Both the position numbers and the translations under genes were made by a program. DNA of 49,318 bases, taken from the NCBI GenBank assembly GCA_000388065.2, contig KB932201.1. One strand, given 5' to 3'. The stretch's first letter is position 1. Every line of letters starts with the position of its first letter. The DNA comes from Fonticula alba ATCC 38817. Taxonomy: Eukaryota; Protista; Nucleariida. Shown piece after piece: positions 23,001 to 34,100 of the stretch. The notes beneath the pieces were generated by a model. It was not told where the DNA came from and did no database searches. It was given only the letters and a program-made list of their open reading frames with translations.

Positions 23001-25006
23001 CACAGCCGGCAGCAGGAAGCCGCGCTCGAGCCCGGGTGGCGATCGCCAGGGGGTGCCCTTTGCGCCAGCGTGGTGGCCGAGTCCGTGACCGCCGCCCCCA
23101 AGTTTCGCCGGCCGGGGTTGGGGGGAGAATTGGCCATGAGGGGTCGCCCATGGGAAGACTCCGCGCTTGCTCTCGCTCCGTCGCTCTCAGCCGGCCGCGC
23201 GTGCCCCGGTGCGTGGCCGATGGCCCGGCACGCGTGGGTGCGGAGGCCTCGTGTCTGCATGCCCTGCCCCGCCCGCCCCTGAGGCCCGGTCGCTCCCTCG
23301 GCCAGGGCTCCCTCCGCACGCACCGCCCCCGTTCACCCGCCCAGCCTACCACGACCGGAGGAGGGGGAGATGGCGAACTCCGCGCTACTCATCGGCCGGC
23401 CCGTTGTCCGGCTAGCACGGTCATATGTTGGGCTGCAGGGAGGCGCCTTTCGGGCGGGGCACCGCTGGTCTCGGAAAATGGGGTCAAGACCCGGTGCGCA
23501 GGGGCGAATGTCCCCCCCCCCCTCCCTGGCGGGCCCCGGTCTCCCCAGCCGCAAAGGCGGCCGAGGCCCCGTCCTCTCCCATACCCCCGAAACCTTGCCT
23601 CGCCGCATGGCCGCCAGCGGAGGCATCATCCCCCGGCCCTCCCTCCCGGGAGGAAGGGAAGTGTGATCAGCCACGAGCAGGGACACAAGGCGGAAGCCCG
23701 AGGACAGGACACACAGGGAAAGCCGGAGTGTAAAGACGTCGCAACGTCTCCCCAGCCGGGCGGACCGGTCAAGAGCCTGCCCCGCCCGCCGCCGCCGCTA
23801 ATATTCCGATGCACATCGCACACGTTCTCACGCTGGCGGGGCCGATTCCCCCCAGCGCCGGTCGCACACACATAAACATACACCGACCGAGGCACTCGCC
23901 CTGCCCGTCTGTGCCTGATGCATCATGCCCCAGGCTGGCTGGGCGTGCACGCGCGAGAAGGCGACCAGGCAGCCCCCGGGCCCTGGCGCGTCTCAGGCCC
24001 GGATGCCACAATGCGCCTGGCCCCACCTACCCCCGGGAGGGGGGGGAGGGGGCGGGGGGGGTACCCCCTCTCGATGGACGGACCCACGTCCACTTCCGCG
24101 CCGGCGCCCGCAACCGGGTCCGTCCTGGTGGCACATCAAGCGAGCACGCAGACACGAACAGCCCGCCCGGACCTCGGACAGAGAGGTTGAGCCCGGGGCG
24201 TGCCGGAACAACGCCCGCCCCGACTTGAGCTGGCACTCCTGTCCGGGGAGGGGGGGGGGCGCCAGGGCGGCCGAGTGGAGGGTGCCGGGGAGCTGGGGCA
24301 AACGCCCGGGGCCTTGGGGCCGCGGAGGGTTCGCAAGAAAAAGGCAACAGGGGCATGGCGTCCGATGCCCCTTATCCGGTGGCCTCACGCGGCCTGCCCT
24401 GCTCTTGCCACACACACACACACACACACCCCTCCCCCCGTGTTTCCCTCCAGACGACACAATGGCCGCGCCGGGCGTGTGACGCGGAGCGATAAAAATG
24501 GGCCAACGGTCATCGGGGGCATTCCCCTGGCCGGCGTGCTCCGCCCGGGGGCCCCTGGGGCGCGACTCGGCGAGCAAACCCGACCGTCTGAAACACCAAT
24601 CGCTCTTGGGACATACTGCGCCGGAAGGGAGCCCGGCTCAAGGGAGGTCGGACACGCCCGGAGGCCAGCCACAGAAAAGGGAAGACCGCGGCGAGTGCCG
24701 GCGCGAGGCGCGGTGGGAGGGGCGCAGCCAGGCTGGGGCTAGCCGAAAATTGCTCCCCCCCCCCCCGCCGGGGGCTCTCGTCCACGCGCGCTCCCGCCCG
24801 TGCCGAGCAGACCCCGAGAATACACCACGTGCAGCGTAAACAAAGGCGCCCCCGCGCGGCCAGGCCGCCGCCGACCCCCGAGCGACCAGGGGAAGCCACA
24901 GAGCATGCCTACTCGCCCGGGCACGCATGCCCGGCCGTCCGTTCGGAGAGGCCCTCCGCGCCACGAAAAGTGGCTGGCATTTTACGGCCAGCTCCCCCAA
25001 GCACAT

Positions 25007-25024
25007 ATTGGCCAAAATATAAAG
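25007..25024 (+). promoter_or_regulatory. Possible core promoter (inverted CCAAT + TATAAAG) in an AT-rich island ~0.93 kb upstream of the WrbA-like ATG
   Basis: ATTGGCCAAAATATAAAG lies in an AT-rich patch within GC-rich DNA. Motif-only evidence. Confidence 0.2.
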
Positions 25025-25954
25025 CACCAAATAATTACTGACTTTTGATTGAGCCCCCCTGACCCCCCCACTTTCCCCCCCCCCCCCCCGGTGCACTTGT
25101 GTTACCCCGGGGGACACATACACGCTCATTGCATGCCGCGGCGCAAGCGCGCCTGTCAGCCCCAGCGTAGAGGGCTTCCGTTTTCGGGGACACCTCACCC
25201 GCCATCGGTGTGCCAGCAGGGGGAGGGGGGGGGGCCTCTGGCAGGTTCTCGCCCCCCATCGGCAGACACTCCCCCCTCCCCCCTTTGCCCGGAAGGCTGC
25301 TTATCTTTCAGTGTCACAAGTTAATAGCCGCGCCCGGCCCCGCGTGCTCTCCCCCCCCCCCCCTAGGGGAGGAGAACACCCCGAGACTCGACTGATGTTC
25401 CGGCAGAGCAGCCGGCACCGGAGACCGCGGGGCGGCCCCGAGGGGGGCCGGCTCGTCGTTCGCGCGCGCATCCGCTCCCAAGCATGCGCGAAGGGCGGGT
25501 TTTAATCCAGCAACCTGCCCTCGGCCGCCCCCCCCCCCCCCCCCCGGTGCCTCGCCCCGCGGCATTCCCGCCCACTCCTCCCAGCGATGGTGCCAGCCTG
25601 GCCACATGGGCACCCAATGAGTATGTCCACGCGGACATCCATTGAATCACATGTGCTCCCGCATGACAACCCCATTGCCAATGCAATGTTTGCCGAGGTG
25701 CCACCGGTGGCCGGGCCTGCCGCCGCCCAACACCGCCCGCGAGAGAGGGGGGTCGCGACAATTTGCCCCTTTTTTTCGCCGCCCCCCCTCCCGCCTGCCC
25801 TCCTGACCGAGTCCTCCAGCAGCACCAGCCCCTCTCCACCCACCCCCCCCCCCTCACGCCTGCCTCCCTCTCGCATTTCCCACCCCTCGCCTCCGCATAG
25901 CCCCACGACACACGACACACGACACACACACACACACACGCACACACACGCGCA

Positions 25955-27087
25955 ATGTCCCCGGCCCCCCGCATCCTCGTCATTTGCCACTCGCGCCAAG
26001 GCAAGACCGCGACTTTGGTGCTGAATGCGGCCAAGGCCGCGGCCGCCGCTCTCGATTCGACCGGCTCCGTGGACGTTCTCTGCCTGGAGGGCACCCCGGC
26101 CGAGGGCTTCCGCGCGGCCGGGCTGAACGTGGTATCCCCCAAGCTCGACACCGATGCCGGCCTCCGGGCCCTGGCCGAGTATGACGGCTTTCTGCTGGCC
26201 TCGCCGGTGTCGGTCGGCGGGCACTCGGCCGCCCTGCAGGCTTTCCTGGAGCAAACCACGCCGCTGATCGCCTCGGGTGCGTGGCTCGGCCCACTGGGGT
26301 GTCCTTCCCTCTCTCTCTCTCTCTCTCTCTCTCTCCCCCCCCCTGCTCCCTCCTTCTTCTTTTTTTTTTCGCCCCGCCCGGCCATCACCGTCTGTCGCCC
26401 TGCCCCGAACCATCGGGGGCTGTTCCCAACCCCCTCCCCTTCGAGGCCCCGCGAGCCCGACACACCGCCATGCCAGCCCCCCCCCCCCGGAGTCCGAGAG
26501 GGTCCCTCCTTGCCGGCGTAACGCACGCACCCTCACACACACAGGCACGCTGTACTTCTCATCTGGCTCGCCCCCCGCCCCCCCCCCCCCCCCCCCCCTA
26601 ACCCACCCAATGCCTCCGCACACAGGGGCCCTGGCATCGAAGCCGGCCTCCGTTCTTTTCTCCGCTGCCACTCCGTCCGGGGGAATCGAGACGGCCATTC
26701 GCAGCCTCCATGCGGCCCTTGCCCACCATGTACGCCCTCGCCGATGGCCGGTCGCCCCCTCTCTTTTCCCCTTGATTTGTTGGCTGTTCTCGTCCATCCT
26801 CGCCCCCCCCCCCCCATTCCTCCCCCCCCCAACAACCTAACACACTGGGATGCTTTTTCCTTCCTTCGCTCACGCAGGGCATGCTCCTGGTGACTCCTTG
26901 CTTCCGGGGCATGGACGACGACATGCAGGCCGGGGTTTCCGCCTCGGCGGCCGCCTTTGTGGCCGTCACCGGCATCGACGGCAACGCCCCATTGAGTGAG
27001 GGTAGCCTGCGCGGCGCGGCGCGCGTTGGCACCACTCTAGCCGCCACTGCCCGTCGGCTTGCTGCCGGAGCTCGGGCCTCCCCTTGA
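25955..27087 (+). CDS. Flavodoxin-fold WrbA/Pst2-like NAD(P)H:quinone oxidoreductase homologue, divergent; exons 25955-26276, 26626-26729, 26878-27087; 211 aa
   Basis: N-terminal RILVICHSRQGKT (flavodoxin phosphate-loop position), LAEYDGFLLASP, and GALASKPASVLFSAATPSGGIE...ALAHHGMLLV, which matches the WrbA pattern GAL.GK.AS.F.ST...GG.E...LAHHGM. Introns GTGCGT..CAG and GTACGC..CAG are phase-consistent (636 nt). Confidence 0.8.
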
Positions 27088-27438
27088 GGCGGCATCCTCC
27101 CTCCGGTCGGGGCTTTGTTCTGCCGATGGGCGATCCCCTTCCAAAAAAAAATAATCCAACAAAAAGTCCACTCAAGCTTCTGTCCCGGTGGGGAGGTCCC
27201 CGCGCGTGCACACATTTAAACCCGACATCCAGGGGGCCCAAAGGAAAAGGCAGCCTCGCTGACACATGTGCGCAGGCTGGCCACCAGTGTGGTAGAGACG
27301 TATTTGTATATTCTCCCAGGGCACACCCTCCCTGTCTGTCGCTCTCTCTCTCTCTCTCTGTCGGCCTCTTCGCCTCCTTCTCCAGGAGGTGGTGGTGGTG
27401 AGATGGGCGCGCTCCGACATGGGCGCTGTCTACGTATA

Positions 27439-29460
27439 TCACCGATACTCCAGAAGTGGCTGGACTCCGCGGCTGATGGCGTCCAATTTCAACTGACAGA
27501 AAACCACCCGCGCTTCGATGGCCCCGATGAAGGTCCCATGCGTGCCGAACGGGTCATCCGGTCGTGCAGGATCCGGGTCCAAAAAGGCCGGGTCAGGTGG
27601 ATCGTCATTGGTCTCTTGGAAGGGGGGTGGTGCTCGGGGGGTGCCATGAGACGAGAAGGACTGGTGGTAGGGGGGGTGGGCAGGATGCGGGGAATGGAGA
27701 GGGTGGGGATATTGCTGGGCACCCAGCCCCGCGCCCGAGGGCCCGGGATAGTGGTAGGGCGGATCCCCGGGCCAGGCCGGCTGAGACGGAGGCAAGTCCG
27801 ATCCCGCGTCGAACCCCGGCACCCGGCCAGCCGACGGGAACGGCGCAAAGGGAAGATTCCCAGCTCCAAACCAGGGGGGCCTCCCAATGCCAGGGCCTGC
27901 CGGCCCCGGGTCCGGTGGCGGCCGGGTGGATTCCGAAAAGCCGGGTCTCGGGTGGTCAGCAGGCCCATAGGCTGGCATCCAGTCGCCCGGGGAGAAGGGC
28001 GCTGGCGGCCAGTCAGGGCTGCCAGGTGGCGCCGCGGCCGTGGCAGCCGTGGCGCCAGAACCCCCGGGTGGCGCAAATGGCGAAGGCGAAAAGCCCACAT
28101 CCTCGGAGTCGCTGTCGCTGGCGAAGAGGGGCCCGCCGGTGGCCAATCCCGGCCCGACATCGCTGTCATCCGACGTCGGGTCCACATGAAACAGCTCGTT
28201 GGAGATCTGAGCCAGGATCTGGTCGATCCAGCTCAGCTCGGTCGCCGTCGTCGACGCTGCCGAGTGGCCGGCCGGGGCCCCGGGCACTCGAGAGGGGGAG
28301 CTTGGCCGGGGTGGCTGAGCCGGTGCCGGGCCGGGCGAGGAAGCAGTCTCGGTACCGGGACCGGGGCCGGGGGTCGAGCTCGACCGCATGGGCGAGAGGG
28401 AGTCATCTGAGGAAAGGAGCTGAAGCACATCGGCGCTCAGGAGAAACTGCTGCAAAAGTAGGGGATCCTGCGCAAGGGGCGGCGGAGGTACTTGAGCATG
28501 TGCCGGAGCCGGGACCGAGACCGGGGCCGAAGCCGGGGCCGGGGCCGGGGCCGTGAAATCCACGGGGACGGGAGACGGAGAGACCGGCCGCTGGGGGACC
28601 GGTCGCCGGATGGCCACCGGCTCCGGAGGCAGTGGCGTCGTCGGCGGGGAGATTGACACTGTCCCGACGATTGGTGATCCTCTGGAGGCGGCTTGGTCCT
28701 GGCGGAGTTGCTGCCGGGATTCCAGCAGGGCCCGCGCGTAGGCCATTACTGAGGCAATCTCCTCCGAGTGAACGAAGTCGCCACCATCGGAGTCACCAGA
28801 CTCCGGCCCCGGGGAGGTGGGCCCCCCCTCGGACCGGGAGGATTTCAACATGTCAATCAGGCCCAGTACCCGCGAGTAGAGCCGGTCAATTTCGTCGATG
28901 GCACTGTCGGTATAGTCCTGCACCGGGGTTGGACCCGGGGTGACCGGGATCGAAGCCGGCCCAGGGGCCGGATGGCTCGTCGGCAGGCTCCCCACAGGGG
29001 CTCCGGCCATTGAGATCGATATCCCCGGTAGGTGGTCCAGTTCGCCGGCAAAGTGGCCCTCAGTCACTGGCGGCGGCATTGTGCCCCGGTCCACCGGGAA
29101 GGGGGACATTGGGCCCGGGGCCCCAGCATCCCAACCTGGCGAGGCGGGGCCCGCCTGCATGGGAACCTTCTCTCCGGGCAGGAACTGCTGGTACATTGGA
29201 TGTGACGAGTGGTTTGCCTGTGGCGATTGTGGCTGCTGGTGGTGATGCTGCGGCTGCGACTGCGGCTGCGGCTGCGGCTGCGGCTGATGGGGCAATGGCG
29301 ATGGCGGTGGCTGGTGCGCCGTTGACAAGGGGGGTGGTGGCGCCGGCGGCGGGGCATAGAAAAGGGCCGCGCGCGCATCGCCGGCCGGGGCATGGCGGAA
29401 GGCGCCCTCCGCGGGTGAGGCCCCAGCATGGGGGGGCTCCGGGCGAGCTGCGGCGGTCAT
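27439..29460 (-). CDS. Hypothetical Pro-rich, largely disordered protein (673 aa, single exon)
   Basis: 2022-nt uninterrupted ORF with high GC3, flanked by non-coding-looking sequence. Short amphipathic segments are embedded in Pro/Ser/Gly-rich sequence. No domain recognised. Confidence 0.65.
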   Translation of the reverse strand: MTAAARPEPPHAGASPAEGAFRHAPAGDARAALFYAPPPAPPPPLSTAHQPPPSPLPHQPQPQPQPQSQPQHHHQQPQSPQANHSSHPMYQQFLPGEKVPMQAGPASPGWDAGAPGPMSPFPVDRGTMPPPVTEGHFAGELDHLPGISISMAGAPVGSLPTSHPAPGPASIPVTPGPTPVQDYTDSAIDEIDRLYSRVLGLIDMLKSSRSEGGPTSPGPESGDSDGGDFVHSEEIASVMAYARALLESRQQLRQDQAASRGSPIVGTVSISPPTTPLPPEPVAIRRPVPQRPVSPSPVPVDFTAPAPAPASAPVSVPAPAHAQVPPPPLAQDPLLLQQFLLSADVLQLLSSDDSLSPMRSSSTPGPGPGTETASSPGPAPAQPPRPSSPSRVPGAPAGHSAASTTATELSWIDQILAQISNELFHVDPTSDDSDVGPGLATGGPLFASDSDSEDVGFSPSPFAPPGGSGATAATAAAPPGSPDWPPAPFSPGDWMPAYGPADHPRPGFSESTRPPPDPGPAGPGIGRPPWFGAGNLPFAPFPSAGRVPGFDAGSDLPPSQPAWPGDPPYHYPGPSGAGLGAQQYPHPLHSPHPAHPPYHQSFSSHGTPRAPPPFQETNDDPPDPAFLDPDPARPDDPFGTHGTFIGAIEARVVFCQLKLDAISRGVQPLLEYR

Positions 29461-30280
29461 CGGAGTCAGGTAGCAGGAGCTGTCCGCCGATCAGGGAGGG
29501 GAGGAAGAGGGAGTCAGATGCGAGGGGTGGGGGGAGGAGGAAGGGAGGAAGTAGGCAAACAACGGGAGCCAGTGATGCTCAGTCGGGTCAGCGCACCGGG
29601 CGCGGCCATGGCAGGTCGGCCGAAGAGGCGGGTTGTGTGACGGGAGCCCTGGGGTCGGCTCGATCGTCGGAATATTGGAGGGGNNNNNNNNNNNNNNNNN
29701 NNNNNNNNNNNNNNNNNNNNNNNNNNNNNNNNNNNNNNNNNNNNNNNNNNNNNNNNNNNNNNNNNNNNNNNNNNNNNNNNNNNNNNNNNNNNNNNNNNNN
29801 NNNNNNNNNNNNNNNNNNNNNNNNNNNNNNNNNNNNNNNNNNNNNNNNNNNNNNNNNNNNNNNNNNNNNNNNNNNNNNNNNNNNNNNNNNNNNNNNNNNN
29901 NNNNNNNNNNNNNNNNNNNNNNNNNNNNNNNNNNNNNNNNNNNNNNNNNNNNNNNNNNNNNNNNNNNNNNNNNNNNNNNNNNNNNNNNNNNNNNNNNNNN
30001 NNNNNNNNNNNNNNNNNNNNNNNNNNNNNNNNNNNNNNNNNNNNNNNNNNNNNNNNNNNNNNNNNNNNNNNNNNNNNNNNNNNNNNNNNNNNNNNNNNNN
30101 NCCCCCCCCCCCCAAGCCAAGAAAAAGAAAAGTCGACGCTCACGCTCCCAACGGTGGTGGTGCACAGATCGCGCGGGTCCTGGCCCGCGGCGCCCTCCCC
30201 CAACCAATGACTTATGGTGGTCCTGGCTGGGGCCCCCTCGTCGGCTGGCGCCTCGTTCACTTTGCTGCCCAGAGGTCAGC

Positions 30281-30317
30281 ACCGGCCACCACCGGCCACC
30301 ACTGGCCACCACTGGCC
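30281..30317. repeat. 10-bp tandem repeat ACYGGCCACC (~4 copies) in the divergent intergenic region between the Pro-rich gene and RsmH
   Basis: accggccacc accggccacc actggccacc actggcc. Confidence 0.85.
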
Positions 30318-31198
30318 GGCAACGGCGCCAACGGTGTGCCGGATCTCATGCCGGGCCTTCAGATCTGAAGCGAATTTAGGGAATGCCCCCCTCCGTCCCC
30401 ATCCCAGCTCGGCCTCTCCTGGTCGACTCGCGCGTTTGGCCTTGCCCGCCCTCGGTCCTTGCCACTCACACTGACAGATGGCGCGCATGTGTTCACGCAG
30501 CCCCAGTCCGTTCCTGGGCCTCTCGCGCCGCGGGTGGTGTTGGTGGCGGCGGCGGCCACACGCCTCGGCAGACGGTGAGATGCCCGCGGATCGGGGTGTC
30601 ATGGTGGCGCCCTGCGCATGTGATCCTGCCTCCGGCACGCGGCACCCGTCGGCATATCCCCCCTCACGCGGTCGCCCGCTGGCTGCGTGTGCTCCAAGCC
30701 GATGGGCGACGCTTGCCTTGCCCCCATATTCCCAGCCCGGGCCCGGCCTGTGTGTGCGTGAGGGGGGGGGGGNNNNNNNNNNNNNNNNNNNNNNNNNNNN
30801 NNNNNNNNNNNNNNNNNNNNNNNNNNNNNNNNNNNNNNNNNNNNNNNNNNNNNNNNNNNNNNNNNNNNNNNNNNNNNNNNNNNNNNNNNNNNNNNNNNNN
30901 NNNNNNNNNNNNNNNNNNNNNNNNNNNNNNNNNNNNNNNNNNNNNNNNNNNNNNNNNNNNNNNNNNNNNNNNNNNNNNNNNNNNNNNNNNNNNNNNNNNN
31001 NNNNNNNNNNNNNNNNNNNNNNNNNNNNNNNNNNNNNNNNNNNNNNNNNNNNNNNNNNNNNNNNNNNNNNNNNNNNNNNNNNNNNNNNNNNNNNNNNNNN
31101 NNNNNNNNNNNNNNNNNNNNNNNNNNNCCCCCCTCCGTCCTCCCTTCCACCGCGCCCGGTCTTGGCTCGAGCTCACATCATTGGTGCAGAGGGAAAAC

Positions 31199-34100
31199 AT
31201 GCTTCGCTTGCCTGGCTTGTTCCTCCGGTCTCAGCCGCTTCGGGCACTCGAGCGCTCGACCTTCGTTGGCCTTGTGGCGCGCAGCAAGGACGAGCCCCGG
31301 GCTGTCCCAGCGCGCGCGTACGGCACCGGACGCCGCCGACATGGACGCGCTCCGTCCGGCAGCGCGGCCACCGCCACGGCCTTCGGCCACTTTGAATCGG
31401 AGCCGGATGCCCAGCTGTCGCCCTTCGATGAGTCGGTCCCTCCGCCGGTGTCCCCGTTCTTCGGGATGGGCCAGCCGCAGGTCACACATGGCCGGCGCCG
31501 AGCGGGCGCCCACGCCACTCCCAGCGTTCCGCCGGGCACCACCTTCTCCCAGGTGGCCAGTGTCGGTGAGGACCTCTTCCACCAGTCGATGGAAATCCCC
31601 CAGGTGAATGCCCTGCTGAAGCAGGTAAAGCACCCGCTGGTGCAGGAGACCTTCAGCGAGCGCGATCGCATCACCCTCCGTGGGAATGCCCTCGGCTTGC
31701 TGGAAGTGGAGGAGGAGCTGCGCCAGGCGCGCGAGATGATGCTGGATTCCGAGGGCCGCAGTCTGCCCGGGCGTGGAGATGCCTTCCATCGCCGGGAGGC
31801 GGAGTTCTATTACCAGGACTTGCAGCGGCAAATCCAAATCCCGGCCGAGCGACTGGCGGCCATCGCCGAGACGGTGTCCAGCGAGCTGGAGGAGCTGGAA
31901 AAGCAGCGCCTTTCCAAGTGCAACAATGTTCCCCTGCCCATCATGTTCGATGTGCCGCCGAATGCCACCGCCGAGGAGCTTCTCGGCCTGCTGGGGCTCA
32001 CCCCCCGGAAGGGGGGCGTCGTCCTGCCGACCGAATGCCGGGGCTCCTTCGAGCGCTTTGTCTTCATCCTGGCGGCGCAGATGGAGCGCATCCACTTCCG
32101 CGCCAGGCAGCTGGTGAGTCTGGAGCAGCAGGTCCCCGTGGCCGATCGGCCCAAGTTGCACAAGCAACGTGCCGAGCTGGCCACCGCCCTGCGTGAGATG
32201 GATGCCCGCATGGCGCCGCAACTGCGCGAGCTCATTCTCGATCGCCAGCGGCGCTTCGAGGCCGGCGAGAATCCGGACCTCGACGAGCCGGAAGAGTTGA
32301 GCCCGGAAATGCTCCAGCGCGTGGCCCGTCTCACCCAGATGGAGGGCGATTCGGCCACCATGAATCCCAAGCTGGCCGTCGAGGCCTATCTGTCCCTGCG
32401 GGCGGCGGTCGACGCCAAGCGCCTGTCCCTGCCGGCGGCCGAGGCGCGGCTCCTCTTCCCGGAGCTGTCGAAGGCCGAGCGCCTGCGCTTTGCCTATCGG
32501 GACTTGATGCGATACAGCCGCACCGATGCCGGCACCCTGCGCCCGGATGAATGCTTCCCCGATCTGTCCACCGAGCAGGGCCAGACCGAGGCCTTCCTGG
32601 ACAATCTGTACGACGGCTTGCAGATGAACGGCCGCACGGCCCTCAACATGCTCAAGGCCGGTGGCCGCCAGGCGGAGATGGAGATGTCCAAGCTTCAGAA
32701 CATGACCCCTGCCCAGATCATGCGCGAAACCATGAAGGAGCGCCAGGAGGAGCATCTTGCTCAGTTGGACGAAGTGATGGAGGTCGTCAGCCGGCCGGCG
32801 CCCATCAGCCTGAAGAGCATCACCGGCAATCCGGCGGCCGAGGCTGCCACCGCCACCGCCACCGCCGACCAGGAGTCAGACGCGGCCTTCGATTCGGATG
32901 ACGCCTTTGATCCGGACGCCCAGCCCAGCGTCGGGTCTGGCATCATGAGCAGCCTGACATCGGATCTGCGCGAGGACCGTCCCGGGCCGTCGGCTCGGGT
33001 GGAGGATCTCCTGCAGTCGGTGGATGACCTGACTGATGTGGCCCAGCTGGAGCGTGCCATCGAGCGCATGGAGCTGTCCGGTGCCGCGGCCGCCGAGCGG
33101 GCCCTGCTGCATGGGCTTCGGGATATCGGCCACCAGGCGGCCTCGGTGCGGGACCTCATCTCGCAGATGGCCGCCATGGATGCCGAAATCCGGGCGAGCA
33201 ACCTGGACAATGTGTCGGCCCGGAAGATGTTCAGCAACCCGGACAGCCAGGACATGAATGACATCCTTGTTCGGAAGTTGCACCTGGAGCTGCAGCTCAA
33301 TGTGGCCAAGAAGCGCCTGGACAGCATGGTGACCGATCTGGAGCCGGCCTTGGCGGCCAGTCGGTCGCGCCTGCGTGCCCGGACCGATGCCCTGGTCCCG
33401 GCCGAGGGGAGTATCTCCTACAATGAGCAGCTTTTGCGCGATCTGCCGGAGGACCTGCGCCAGGTGGTCCGGCTGCTGGATGACCCGGACTCGAGCCTGG
33501 ATCAGGTGTTGGCTGTTCTGGGCCAGGTTTCCGGGGATTTGGGCCTCGGCGACCAGGGCGGCATCGATGACACCGACGCCGAGGATGACAACGACGATAA
33601 TTGGGGCTTTGTGCCGGGGGAGAAGCGTCCCGCTCCGGGTGCCACTGGCGCCCGGGCCTCCGGCGTCAATGCCTCGGCCGCCGGCGGTAGTAGTCCCCCC
33701 GCCGAGGGGGCGGATGGGGTCAACTCCGCCGAGCAAATTTCCCTGCATGTGGATGGCTTCAAGGACGGCCAGCCGGAGTACTCGGTGGTCCGGGAGGTGG
33801 TCGACCAGAAGACTGGCGCGGTGACCTCGCGCGATGTGGAGCATGTGGGCAGCATGCCGCGCCTGCCGCACACGCCGGTGCTCCTGCCGGATGTCCTGCA
33901 TTATCTCTTCCCCCATCCGAAGGGCATCTATGTGGATGCCACCTTCGGGGCGGGTGGCTACACCCGGGGGATCCTGGCCGCCACGGGCGGGCAGGCGCGT
34001 GTCATCGGCATCGATCGTGACCCGTCTGTCTTTTCGCCTGACATGCACAATCTGGAGCCCGACGCGCCGGTGATCCTGCGTGCTGGGCGTTTCTCCGACC

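Noticed and set aside
24581-24596. CGACCGTCTGAAACAC resembles the conserved LSU rRNA motif CGACCCGTCTTGAAACAC
   Set aside because: Only ~16 nt with two indels, and no flanking rRNA similarity. Consistent with chance.
24973-24992. Hairpin with GCATTTTAC, similar to U5 loop I (GCCUUUUAC)
   Set aside because: Mismatch in an invariant loop position, wrong loop register, and no Sm site.
30478-30772. Upstream ORF MARMCSRSPSPFLGLSRRGW... as an alternative RsmH start or presequence
   Set aside because: It is in a different frame. The nearest candidate donor (GTGAGA, phase 1) does not match the phase-0 acceptor at 31189, and an N-gap prevents resolution.
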